Positions 30,577 through 40,814 are shown, counted from the stretch's first letter. The stretch is 64,000 bases of DNA from a virus (IMGVR_UViG_3300021375_000013:1-64000); one strand, 5' to 3'. The notes: generated from the letters alone by a model not told the origin. Numbers and translations: made by a program.

Positions 30577-33500
30577 ATGGAATACGGAGGAAAGAACCCA
30601 AACGGAATCAATCAGGTCAGTCAAAGTTTACTTTCGATTGATGTTCAAGGTATAGAACAATTAAACATATCAACCTCATCGGTTGATATTAATACGTCTT
30701 TGAATGTTGAAAGTGGAATAACTGCATCATCATTTACTGGTTCCTTCACTGGTTCATTCAAAGGAGATGGTTCTCAATTAGAAAGTATTCCAACTACTGC
30801 ACTTACTGGTGATATTGGTAGAATAGCTGAAGGTTCAGCAACCGCATCAGTTTCAAATGGTACTTCATTCGAAGTAAATGTACCTACAAACATAACTGGA
30901 GATACAAATATAGTTGGAGATATATCAGCATCTGTATTTAGAGGTGATGGACAAGGATTATATAATATTCCAGCTGATGCATTAGGTGATATAGATAGAT
31001 TAAAATCAGGTTCAGTAGAAGCTATAATTTCACCTGATGGTGGATTGAGAGTAGAAGCTGGTGTAACTGTAAGGGATTATCTTATCGTAACTGGTAGTAG
31101 TGTATTTAAAGCAACTGCACAAGTAGGAACCGATTTAACAGTAACAGGTTCTGCTGATATACAAAACGATTTAACTATTGGTAATAATTTATCAGTAGCG
31201 GGAAGAATAACTTCTCAAGAATTATTAACAACGTTTATTTCATCATCAGTAATTTACGCATCGGGTTCGAATGTGTTTGGCGATGAAACAACCGATACAC
31301 ATCAATTTACAGGTTCAGTATTAATTAAAGATTCGGTAGTAATTCCAGTCTTTAGTTCAGCACCATCTGGTGGTGTAGTTGGCCAATTATATTATAACAC
31401 TTCAGATACTAACATTTATCGTTATACTGCTGGTGGATGGGAACCTGCAGCTGGTACTGCTGGTACATCAGGTACAAGTGGTACATCTGGTAGTGGAGGA
31501 ACATCTGGTTCTTCGGGTTCAAGTGGAACTGCTGGAACTGGAGGAACTTCAGGTTCTTCGGGTACAAGTGGTAGTGGTGGTACATCTGGTTCTGGTGGTA
31601 GTTCTGGTACTGACGGTTCTGAAGGAACCTCAGGTAGCGGAGGAACTTCTGGTTCTGGTGGTACAAGTGGTTCTGGTGGGACAAGTGGTTCTGGTGGAAC
31701 AAGTGGAACATCTGGAAGTGGTGGAACAAGCGGAAGTGGAGGAACCTCAGGTAGTGGTGGAACAAGTGGTTCTGGTGGAACAAGTGGAAGTGGAGGAAGT
31801 AGTGGTTCTGGTGGAACCTCTGGTTCAAGTGGCTCTTCTGGTTCATCAGGTAACGATGGTGTAGATGGTAATGATGGTGTTGATGGAGATGATGGTACAT
31901 CTGGTGTAGATGGTACTGATGGTACATCAGGAAGTGGTGGTACATCTGGTTCAAGTGGAACATCTGGTACATCTGGTTCTTCAGGTGAAGATGGTGCTGC
32001 TGGTGAAGGTGGTACTCCTGGTACATCAGGTTCTTCTGGTTCAAGTGGAACAAGTGGTAGTGGGGGAACATCAGGTTCATCTGGTTCATCAGGTGAAGAT
32101 GGAACATCAGGTTCATCTGGTTCATCTGGTACATCTGGAAGTAGTGGTACATCTGGTAGAGATGGTGCTGCTGGTGAAGGTGGTACTCCAGGTACATCAG
32201 GTTCTTCTGGTTCAAGTGGTACTTCTGGAAGTGGAGGAACATCTGGTTCTGGTGGAACATCTGGTTCAAGCGGTAGTTCTGGAACAAGTGGTAGTGGTGG
32301 TACATCGGGTACTGCTGGTAGTGGAGGTTCATCAGGTACAAGCGGAGCAACTGGTGCTGATGGAGAACAAGGTGTAGATGGAGATGATGGAACTTCGGGT
32401 TCATCTGGTTCAAGTGGAACAAGTGGAAGTGGAGGAACATCAGGAAGTGGAGGAACTTCAGGTTCATCTGGTACATCAGGTAGTGGAGGAACAAGTGGTT
32501 CAGCTGGAAGTAGTGGAACTTCTGGAACTGGAGGAAGTGGAGGAACATCAGGTTCTTCGGGTTCATCTGGTACTGCTGGTAGTGGTGGTACATCTGGTTC
32601 AAGTGGAAGTAGTGGAACTTCAGGTAGTGGAGGTACATCCGGCTCTGGAGGGACGAGTGGTTCTGGAGGTACAAGTGGTTCTGGAGGAACTTCGGGTTCT
32701 TCGGGTTCATCTGGTACATCTGGTAGTGGAGGTTCTTCTGGTTTATTAGCATTAACTGGTAATACTGATAATGGTGTAATCACACTTAATGGTTCAGCAC
32801 CAAATGGAACTGTTGAAAGTAATCTTACTTTTGATGGTACAACCCTAAACATAACAGGTAATCTGAATGTAACAGGTACTCAAACAATTGTGAATACCGA
32901 AACTATTCAGTTAGCAGATAATATTATTACTCTTAATTCAAACTTTACAAGTGGTACTCCTTCGGAAAATTCTGGTATTGAAGTTTTAAGAGGTTCATCA
33001 GCAACTAAACAATTTTATTGGAATGAATCATCAGATACATGGTATGCCGATTCAACATTACAATCAGCTGGAAATTTAATTGCTGGTGCTACAAATAAAA
33101 CTTCTAACACAGTAGTTCAGGCATTAGCAGACCAAAGTTATAGAGCAGGTTTTGAGGCATATGGTAATGGTCAAGGTACTGGTTATCTTTATGTAGGACA
33201 GTCTGCAACTTATGGTGGTGGTATTTCCTATAATGGGGATGGTTCACCTGCATTTGTTGGTGGAGAGAGTTCTGACCGAATTACTTTCTTTAATAGAAAT
33301 AATGGTACAAATACTGAAGTATTTAGCTATTCATATAATGGTACTCAAGTAGACTTTAATGGTACAATAACCGCAGCAAATATTAATACTGGTATAGGTA
33401 CAACTGAAGTTTATTTAATGAATCAAAACATTAGAACAACCGATGCAGTAACATTTTCTACGGTAAATACTGGACAGGGTGATAATGAGTTGTACGCAAT

Positions 33501-36500
33501 GAACCAAGCGGTTCGTACTTCGGATAATGTTACTTTTGCTAGAATCGATGTAAATGAATATCTAAGACACACTGGTGATACCAATACATACATCCGATTC
33601 AGAGGTGATGATGTACAAATGGTAGCTGGTGGTAGAAATATCATTAGAATGGATGAGGGTACAGACCCAGATAACGTACAATTAGGAGATTCAACTACTC
33701 AAACATATACTGAAGGACAATTAATTGTTGGTGATACATCTCCAACATATACTATAAACGATAATACTCCATTAGTTGGTTCAAATACTAATAATGTACT
33801 ACATATCGATGGTTCAATTCAGTTAAAAAATAATAACGATGCTATCGTATTCGGTAGAGGTACTTCTTCATTTATGAAAGATGAAGAAATTGGCTTCGGA
33901 TGGGGTGGTGGTTGGTACATGACCGATGTAACTTACCTAAGAGTAAGAAATAATAAAATTCTTTACTCAACTGGTGAGATGTGGGCTAGTAGATTTAATG
34001 ATGTGAATGATACTTCATATTATGGTGATTTCGCATCTACATCAAGACTAAATAATCTTGATGTTAATCATTTTGGTATAAACAATAGTAGTAGTGGAAC
34101 AAGAGATGGTATATCTTTATATGGAGGACATTCAACGGGTGAACCTACTTATGGTATTTTATTTACAGGTACATCTTTAGGAACACATGGTGGTGTAACT
34201 GGAGATTGGGCTACATACTTTACAATGAGTAACACTTCTAATAGAGGTTGGATATTCAGAAGAGTAGGTAGTGGTAATGCTGCTAGTATTTCAGCTGCTG
34301 GTTTAGGACAATTTAATGATAGTGTTCGTGCACCAATCTTTTATGATACAAATAATACGGGAAGATATCTAAATCCAAATGGAACATCGTCTCTTCAGAC
34401 GATTAATATGAACAATGCTAATCTTACCAATGTTAATAATATTACAATAAATGACCCTGGTGCTGGTGAAGGTATTCAATGGTTAAGTGGTAATGATTGG
34501 AGAATCTATGAATCTCCTGATAATATGAGTAATGCAGCGGGTAATTTACAATTTACTCAAGGTACTACATTTAGATTTAGAGTAGATACATCAGGTAATA
34601 GTTGGTCATCAGCATCATCCAGAGCACCAATATTCTATGATTCGGATAATAGTGGATATTATCTAAATCCTGCATCTACATCTAATTTAAATGCAATAGA
34701 TGTAAATGGTACATTGGATATTAATAGTGGTAATCAAATTAGATTATTTACATCAGCTGGAAATAATAGAGGATTTATCCAATCAACTGATACAAATGAT
34801 GCACACTTAATTATAGCAACATCTGGTGGTGAAGATATTTCATTCAGAGATGGTGGTTTAGGTGGAGATTGGAATGTAATTATGAGAGGTGATGGTAATA
34901 CTTTGTTTAGAAGTTCTACACAATCACCAATTTATTACGATAGAGATGACACAAACTATTACGCAAATCCTGCTGGAACTTCTGTATTTAATGGATTAAC
35001 TGTTGGTGGATATAATGTTCTTACTGGAGGAAATTTAGAAGATTACACTTCAAATATAGAAAATGGTTCGTTCTATAACATTACGGACTCAATGACTTCT
35101 GCTGAAGTAAGAAAACAACTTGGTAATACATCTAGTAAAATAGAAAAAATAGATGATAACACTGCTCCTGCGGAGGGTGCATTTAAAGTTACTGGTTATT
35201 TAGGATTTGATGATGCTAGATATATTAAGATTGATAAAGAATCTCAATATACTTTTGAAGTTTGGATTAAGGTAGTTGATGGTGGTGATACCAACCAAAG
35301 ATTATATATGGGTTGGACAATGTATGATAGAAATAAATCATCATATGGTAACTCTAAAAGATATTGGGGTTCTGGTGGAACTCAATTCGATACTAACACT
35401 AACACAAATGGTTGGTATAAAGTAACTGGAAAAATAAAAGGTGATGGATTCCATGCAGATGCTCAATACGCTAGACCAGTACTTCTTTTTAATTATTCAT
35501 CAAATGTGGGTGTAACTCATTATTGTGGATTAAAACTTTATAAATCAGAGCAGAGTCTTGGTAGATTAAGATTACATGGTAGTTATGGTAATAATGCTGC
35601 ATATGTTCATAACTTAACTGACCAAAGATATCCATACATCGAAGGTGGTGATAGTAATACATTAAGAATACAATCAAATAGTGGATATGTTGATTTTGGA
35701 GCAATGAATACTTCACATCTTCATATGTACACCGATAGAGGTTCATTCTACACCAATAAAATGATGTACATTCTTGGTGGTACTGAATTAAGACAGGGTG
35801 ATGTTAGGGCATCTATATTCTATGATAAAGATACTACATCAAGATATCTGAATCCAAATGGTACATCAAGAGTAAACGAAATTGAAATCACCGATACTAT
35901 AAGAATGACTAATTATGGTATTGGTATTACTGGTACATATACATCGACAAGATTACAAACTATCTTTAATATGGATGACCAGTATTCCATCGCACAAGAT
36001 GGTAATGCTACCAATAATGCATATGGTTTATATTGGTCTCACCCGAATGCAGGTTCATTAGGTGGTGCTAACAACTTAAATGACCATGGTTTATTGATTA
36101 TCAATAATGGTTCATTTAGAGCGGCAATATCAAGTAGAGCAGTATTTAGTTCTGATGTTAGAGGTACACAATTCTATGATTACAATAACACAGGATATTA
36201 TGTAAATCCAGCTGGTCAATCTCATATGAATACTCTTACCTTAGCAGGTAATAGAATTGGATTCATCAATCCAGCATTTGATGCTGAAATTAGAGTATCT
36301 GATAGTAACCCAGATGGAACTGGTGCAGAATTTACATTCTATGGTGATACTGGAGCTAGAAATGCACAACTTTCAGCTGAAGTAGGTAGTTTTAACGCAA
36401 GAGTTAGAACACCTATAATGTATGATTACAATGATAGTGGATATTATGTTGACCCTAATTCACTTACTAATCTTAATAACTTAACTGTACAAGGTACATT

Positions 36501-39500
36501 AAACTTAAATGGTACTGTTGATTTAGGTGATGATTATGAAATAGATGTTCATAAAACAATAGCTATTAACTCAACATTAAATGCAAGTGGAACTCAAGCT
36601 CGTAGATTTGAAATTGCTAGAATTGCAATGGATTATAACGATTGGAATGGTACTGGTACATTTGAAGTAGAATTACATGAACAATATTATGGTAGAGGTT
36701 CTAAAAAGACATACCAAGTATTTTGGGGATATAACAACGCTTACCAAGTAAGATTAGTTGATGCTAATATTTATGGTAACAATCATTTTAGAGTAACGAT
36801 TGGTTCCCCAGTAACAATTAGTGGTGATATTAGATATGTACCTGTTTATGTAGATGTAAGATACTATACTCAGGTAAAAGCAAGAGTTAGAACTACTAGG
36901 TCTGTAACTTATACTGATAATACACCTGCTAGAAGTTGGGCATATATAAATAAATCACCAGGTGCATCTAACATAGGAGATTTTAGTGCTGATAATATTA
37001 TTTATAAAACTGAATCAAATATTGCAGCAGATATTTTCTATGATGCAAACAATACTGGTTACTATGGTAACTTCGCCTCTACATCTTATATGAATGATGT
37101 AAGAGCTAACATTTTCTACGAAAGAGAAAACACCGCATACTACTTTGGTAGTTCACAGGGTGATGCAAGAATGCGTAACGTTAGATTTAATGAAGTTAGA
37201 ATTGAAAACGGCGTTACAATTCAATCTGTAAATGGTAATGGTAGAATTTATCTTGGTGGTAACTTCCACATAGATGCTCAAAATGGTAATGATTTATACC
37301 TCAACTATTATTCTGGTCGAAGAACAAGAACTTACTATTCATCAAATAGAGAAGCTTGGAGGTCTGATACTGACGGTATTGTTTATGCATTCAACCAACA
37401 TCGTTCACCAATCTATTACGATTATAATAATACAGGTTATTACTCTGACCCTTCAGGCGCTTCTAATTTCAATACATCTATAAGAGCAACTGAGATTTAC
37501 GCAAGAAACTGGTTCAGAAACGATAATAGTGGTGAAGGTTTATACAACCAAGCAACTGGAATGCATTGGTATTCTGATTCATCATCTCGTTGGAGATTAT
37601 ATTCTGGTAGTTCATCAACTGCACAAATTTTATTCACAACATCTGGTAACTCAGCTAGAGGATATGTTTACGCAACTAACTCAAATGAAATCGGTTTCTT
37701 AGATGCTGGTGGAAGTTGGGCAATGAGACATCAAAATGATAATGGTACTTATTTCTATACTGATAATAGTACATTAGAATTCAGAGTAGGTAGAGATACC
37801 GTAACTGGTAACTATGGTACTGTTCAAACTTCATCTACTAGAGGTGGTTGGGGTGGATACTCAATCAATGGTGGTTGGGTGTTTATGCATGACCACTCAA
37901 ACGCAGCTGGTATCTTTAACGATTACGAAAATGAGTGGGCTATCTATATGTTGAGAAACTCATATGTTGAGTTGATGTACAATGGTACTTGGGAATTGGC
38001 AACTCGGAGTGGATATGGTTTAGCTAGAGGTTCAATGAGAGCACCTCTATTCTATGATTCTAATGATACTGGATATTATATAGACCCTAATTCAACATCG
38101 AATACTGCACTTCGTATGAGAGGTGGAGCATTATTTGGACCAAACCAAAGTTGGGGTGAATACCTTGCAGTTGGTGGTAATGGTAGATGGACTAGTTCTT
38201 ACGCAAGTGTTGCTTCAACAAATGGTAACTTACACTTAGATGCAAGAAGTGGAAGAAGTATGTACCTAAACTGGTATACTGGTGGTACTGTTTATGTAAA
38301 TGGTGCAATGCAAGCAAACATTTACTACGATAGAGATAGTACTTCTTATTATGGTAACTTTGCTTCTACATCTTATATGAATGATGTAAGAGCTAATATT
38401 TTCTATGATAGAAATAATACCGCATATTACTTTGGTAGTGGTTCTGGTGATTCTAGATTCAATAGAGTAACTGGTAATTACTTCATCAATGATGGTTCAG
38501 TATCATCAGATGATAGATTTGGTATATTCTGGTCATCTGATAGAAGTGAAGCATACGCAATCTTTAGAGAATCAGGTGGATGGTCTTATAGATATCCTGA
38601 TTTAAGAATCGCATTCCATACGGGTATTAAGTTTGGAGCAAACTCATCTTACAATGGTATGCGTTTCTACAACGATTACAATATGGCAACGCAGGTGATG
38701 TCTGTTAACAACGCTACTGACCCATTGGGTGGAAACAATGTGTATGTTAACTACAACCTACAAGCTGGAGATTCGTTAAGAGCACCAATCATTTATGATT
38801 CAAATAATACTGGTTATTATTTCAATGGTGCATCTGCACACTCTACGAGATTCGAAGGTGTGAGTAATAGAACGATGGCTTATATGGGATTACCTGGTCA
38901 TACGAGAAATAGTGGTGAGTATTATAGAAGTAGACCTCGTCAAACTGGTGATACTAACTATTGGACTGGTGCTTATGGTTGGGGTAGACAGGATATGAAT
39001 GTTGTTTCAACTTGGGGTTCTGGTTTCATCGATTCTTGGAGTAATCCAGGTAACCAACCTTCAGGTACATCTCACTGGGTAGGGATGCAAGCATTCCACT
39101 ATCGTAGTTCAAACACAGGTGGTTATGGATGGCAAATGGTTGGTGGACCAATTACCAACTTGAGATTCAGAAGTTCTTGGAGTGGATGGAGAAGTTGGAG
39201 AACTATTCCTGTTCTTGATGAGAATAGTAGTAATGGTGGTTCAATGTATGCTGGTAGATATTATGATTCAAATAATACTGGTTACTACACAGACCCCGCA
39301 TCTACATCTCAAATGAGTAGTATATATGTAAACAATTGGTTTAGAGCACAAGGTTCAACAGGTCTTTACTTCCAAGATAGAGGATATGGACTTCGTTCAG
39401 TTGGTGATGAAGGTGGACAATACGGAACTGTTTCTACATATGGTAGTATAAACGGATGGGAAGGATGGTCAATGAATGGTCGTTCACTATTAATGCACAA

Positions 39501-40047
39501 CAATAGTAGTTCAACTGGTTTATATAATGATGTAAATAATGAGTGGTTATGTGAAGCTATTCACAACTCTCACTTCTACATTCACTATAATGGTAGTTGG
39601 AAAGCAAGAACTGAAAGTTGGGGTCTTAGAATTAACGATAACTTATACGCTGAGGGTAACGTAATCGCTTACTACTCAGATATGAGATTAAAGGATAAAG
39701 AGGGTGATATTGAAAACGCTCTTGAAAAAGTTGGTAAACTTAATGGTTTCTATTATAGAAACAATAAGGAAGCCAATATGATTGGATGGGGTGGAACTGA
39801 GCTACAAGTCGGTGTATCTGCACAAGATGTTAAATCAGTTCTTCCTGAAATTGTACATCCTGCTCCAAAAGCTGAGAGATTGGGATATGATTATATGACT
39901 GTTGATTACGATAGGTTAACTCCATTATTAGTTAACGCAATCAATGAACAAAATGATATAGTTAAATCACAAAAAGAAGAAATTGAATATTTAAAGTCAG
40001 AACTCTCTGAATTAAAAGAGATGATGAAAGAATTATTAAACAAATAA
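30577..40047 (+). CDS. Long tail fibre (3156 aa) with collagen-like region, modular receptor-binding segments and C-terminal peptidase S74 intramolecular chaperone
   Basis: YYSDMRLK...ALEKV..L.G..Y...GVSAQDV..VLPE.V...VDY.RL.PLLV.AI.E plus coiled coil; ~15 IFYD.NNTGYY.NP linkers. Confidence 0.88.
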   Translation: MEYGGKNPNGINQVSQSLLSIDVQGIEQLNISTSSVDINTSLNVESGITASSFTGSFTGSFKGDGSQLESIPTTALTGDIGRIAEGSATASVSNGTSFEVNVPTNITGDTNIVGDISASVFRGDGQGLYNIPADALGDIDRLKSGSVEAIISPDGGLRVEAGVTVRDYLIVTGSSVFKATAQVGTDLTVTGSADIQNDLTIGNNLSVAGRITSQELLTTFISSSVIYASGSNVFGDETTDTHQFTGSVLIKDSVVIPVFSSAPSGGVVGQLYYNTSDTNIYRYTAGGWEPAAGTAGTSGTSGTSGSGGTSGSSGSSGTAGTGGTSGSSGTSGSGGTSGSGGSSGTDGSEGTSGSGGTSGSGGTSGSGGTSGSGGTSGTSGSGGTSGSGGTSGSGGTSGSGGTSGSGGSSGSGGTSGSSGSSGSSGNDGVDGNDGVDGDDGTSGVDGTDGTSGSGGTSGSSGTSGTSGSSGEDGAAGEGGTPGTSGSSGSSGTSGSGGTSGSSGSSGEDGTSGSSGSSGTSGSSGTSGRDGAAGEGGTPGTSGSSGSSGTSGSGGTSGSGGTSGSSGSSGTSGSGGTSGTAGSGGSSGTSGATGADGEQGVDGDDGTSGSSGSSGTSGSGGTSGSGGTSGSSGTSGSGGTSGSAGSSGTSGTGGSGGTSGSSGSSGTAGSGGTSGSSGSSGTSGSGGTSGSGGTSGSGGTSGSGGTSGSSGSSGTSGSGGSSGLLALTGNTDNGVITLNGSAPNGTVESNLTFDGTTLNITGNLNVTGTQTIVNTETIQLADNIITLNSNFTSGTPSENSGIEVLRGSSATKQFYWNESSDTWYADSTLQSAGNLIAGATNKTSNTVVQALADQSYRAGFEAYGNGQGTGYLYVGQSATYGGGISYNGDGSPAFVGGESSDRITFFNRNNGTNTEVFSYSYNGTQVDFNGTITAANINTGIGTTEVYLMNQNIRTTDAVTFSTVNTGQGDNELYAMNQAVRTSDNVTFARIDVNEYLRHTGDTNTYIRFRGDDVQMVAGGRNIIRMDEGTDPDNVQLGDSTTQTYTEGQLIVGDTSPTYTINDNTPLVGSNTNNVLHIDGSIQLKNNNDAIVFGRGTSSFMKDEEIGFGWGGGWYMTDVTYLRVRNNKILYSTGEMWASRFNDVNDTSYYGDFASTSRLNNLDVNHFGINNSSSGTRDGISLYGGHSTGEPTYGILFTGTSLGTHGGVTGDWATYFTMSNTSNRGWIFRRVGSGNAASISAAGLGQFNDSVRAPIFYDTNNTGRYLNPNGTSSLQTINMNNANLTNVNNITINDPGAGEGIQWLSGNDWRIYESPDNMSNAAGNLQFTQGTTFRFRVDTSGNSWSSASSRAPIFYDSDNSGYYLNPASTSNLNAIDVNGTLDINSGNQIRLFTSAGNNRGFIQSTDTNDAHLIIATSGGEDISFRDGGLGGDWNVIMRGDGNTLFRSSTQSPIYYDRDDTNYYANPAGTSVFNGLTVGGYNVLTGGNLEDYTSNIENGSFYNITDSMTSAEVRKQLGNTSSKIEKIDDNTAPAEGAFKVTGYLGFDDARYIKIDKESQYTFEVWIKVVDGGDTNQRLYMGWTMYDRNKSSYGNSKRYWGSGGTQFDTNTNTNGWYKVTGKIKGDGFHADAQYARPVLLFNYSSNVGVTHYCGLKLYKSEQSLGRLRLHGSYGNNAAYVHNLTDQRYPYIEGGDSNTLRIQSNSGYVDFGAMNTSHLHMYTDRGSFYTNKMMYILGGTELRQGDVRASIFYDKDTTSRYLNPNGTSRVNEIEITDTIRMTNYGIGITGTYTSTRLQTIFNMDDQYSIAQDGNATNNAYGLYWSHPNAGSLGGANNLNDHGLLIINNGSFRAAISSRAVFSSDVRGTQFYDYNNTGYYVNPAGQSHMNTLTLAGNRIGFINPAFDAEIRVSDSNPDGTGAEFTFYGDTGARNAQLSAEVGSFNARVRTPIMYDYNDSGYYVDPNSLTNLNNLTVQGTLNLNGTVDLGDDYEIDVHKTIAINSTLNASGTQARRFEIARIAMDYNDWNGTGTFEVELHEQYYGRGSKKTYQVFWGYNNAYQVRLVDANIYGNNHFRVTIGSPVTISGDIRYVPVYVDVRYYTQVKARVRTTRSVTYTDNTPARSWAYINKSPGASNIGDFSADNIIYKTESNIAADIFYDANNTGYYGNFASTSYMNDVRANIFYERENTAYYFGSSQGDARMRNVRFNEVRIENGVTIQSVNGNGRIYLGGNFHIDAQNGNDLYLNYYSGRRTRTYYSSNREAWRSDTDGIVYAFNQHRSPIYYDYNNTGYYSDPSGASNFNTSIRATEIYARNWFRNDNSGEGLYNQATGMHWYSDSSSRWRLYSGSSSTAQILFTTSGNSARGYVYATNSNEIGFLDAGGSWAMRHQNDNGTYFYTDNSTLEFRVGRDTVTGNYGTVQTSSTRGGWGGYSINGGWVFMHDHSNAAGIFNDYENEWAIYMLRNSYVELMYNGTWELATRSGYGLARGSMRAPLFYDSNDTGYYIDPNSTSNTALRMRGGALFGPNQSWGEYLAVGGNGRWTSSYASVASTNGNLHLDARSGRSMYLNWYTGGTVYVNGAMQANIYYDRDSTSYYGNFASTSYMNDVRANIFYDRNNTAYYFGSGSGDSRFNRVTGNYFINDGSVSSDDRFGIFWSSDRSEAYAIFRESGGWSYRYPDLRIAFHTGIKFGANSSYNGMRFYNDYNMATQVMSVNNATDPLGGNNVYVNYNLQAGDSLRAPIIYDSNNTGYYFNGASAHSTRFEGVSNRTMAYMGLPGHTRNSGEYYRSRPRQTGDTNYWTGAYGWGRQDMNVVSTWGSGFIDSWSNPGNQPSGTSHWVGMQAFHYRSSNTGGYGWQMVGGPITNLRFRSSWSGWRSWRTIPVLDENSSNGGSMYAGRYYDSNNTGYYTDPASTSQMSSIYVNNWFRAQGSTGLYFQDRGYGLRSVGDEGGQYGTVSTYGSINGWEGWSMNGRSLLMHNNSSSTGLYNDVNNEWLCEAIHNSHFYIHYNGSWKARTESWGLRINDNLYAEGNVIAYYSDMRLKDKEGDIENALEKVGKLNGFYYRNNKEANMIGWGGTELQVGVSAQDVKSVLPEIVHPAPKAERLGYDYMTVDYDRLTPLLVNAINEQNDIVKSQKEEIEYLKSELSELKEMMKELLNK
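31453..32742 (+). repeat. Gly-X-Y (GTSGSG/GSS) low-complexity repeat, ~430 aa
   Basis: Direct translation; an internal DGAAGEGGTPGTSGSSGSSGTSGSGGTSGS block is duplicated (~31991 and ~32161). Confidence 0.95.
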
Positions 40048-40051
40048 TAAA

Positions 40052-40294
40052 ATGGCATTAGAAAAATTAGTAGTTTTAAACAAATTAGAAATAAACGTAC
40101 AAAATCCTTCAATGGATGTTGTAAAGAGAGTTTCTTTTATGGAAGATGGTGTTGAAATTAGTAGAAGGCACGAAGATGTTCACTACGATAGTTTCAATGA
40201 AGCACATTTAATAGCTAGTGAATCTGCATTCGTAATAGAAGCTTGGAATCATGTATCATCAAGTTGGGTAGAAACTTCTGGAAGTATATCTTAA
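40052..40294 (+). CDS. Small hypothetical protein (fibre-associated)
   Basis: 80-aa ORF tightly coupled to the fibre gene; MALEK...KLEI....EDGVEISR..H pattern. Confidence 0.7.
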   Translation: MALEKLVVLNKLEINVQNPSMDVVKRVSFMEDGVEISRRHEDVHYDSFNEAHLIASESAFVIEAWNHVSSSWVETSGSIS

Positions 40295-40319
40295 TATTTG
40301 TGTTTAATTAAAATTGGTT

Positions 40320-40369
40320 ATATTTATAGGTGATTGTTTTCCGTTTGGGGAACAACCTATATACTTATA
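40320..40369 (+). promoter_or_regulatory. Two putative late promoter motifs (ATATTTATA 40320, ATACTTATA 40361)
   Basis: Intergenic motif copies upstream of 40390. Confidence 0.5.
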
Positions 40370-40389
40370 TATATAAAAAGGAAAATAAA

Positions 40390-40782
40390 ATGGCAGTAAC
40401 TTATTCTTGGGGTGTAACCCAAATGACTAAAAAAACGATAGGTGATCTTGAAAACGTAATTTTACACGTTAGATGGACATGTATTGGTACTGAAGGAGCT
40501 ACCGGAACTGAAGGTAGATTCGTAGGAGCTACTCCACTAGATTTTGATTCAGGTTCATCTGATGAATTTGTAGCATTTGGAGAACTAACTGAAGAGTTAG
40601 TAGCTGGATGGGTATCATCATCAGTAACAAGTCCATCAACTGGATATTGGGACCACATCTCAGAACAAATTCAAAAGAAGATTGATGAGGTTGATGATGC
40701 TAGTGAAGAAATCGGTATGGAGGACTTACCTTGGTCAACAGGTTCAGTAACTCCAACACCAGTTAGTGGTTCTGGAGATTAA
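40390..40782 (+). CDS. Conserved phage protein found next to tail fibres (MAVTYSW...); start reassigned from 40330
   Basis: ATG at 40390 follows an A-rich leader; the 40330 extension runs through the promoter motifs. Confidence 0.75.
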   Translation: MAVTYSWGVTQMTKKTIGDLENVILHVRWTCIGTEGATGTEGRFVGATPLDFDSGSSDEFVAFGELTEELVAGWVSSSVTSPSTGYWDHISEQIQKKIDEVDDASEEIGMEDLPWSTGSVTPTPVSGSGD

Positions 40783-40805
40783 TTAATGGTTTCAACGTTT
40801 TAGTT

Positions 40806-40814
40806 ATATTTATA
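40806..40814 (+). promoter_or_regulatory. Putative late promoter motif ATATTTATA for the sheath gene
   Basis: Intergenic motif copy. Confidence 0.55.

Noticed and set aside
31379-32852. 476-aa Pro-rich antisense ORF and other overlapping ORFs
   Set aside because: Reverse complement of Gly codons gives Pro runs (PEVPP); artefact of the Gly-X-Y region
40330-40389. N-terminal extension of the 150-aa ORF from a GTG start
   Set aside because: It runs through promoter-like AT-rich sequence; the ATG at 40390 gives a typical N-terminus
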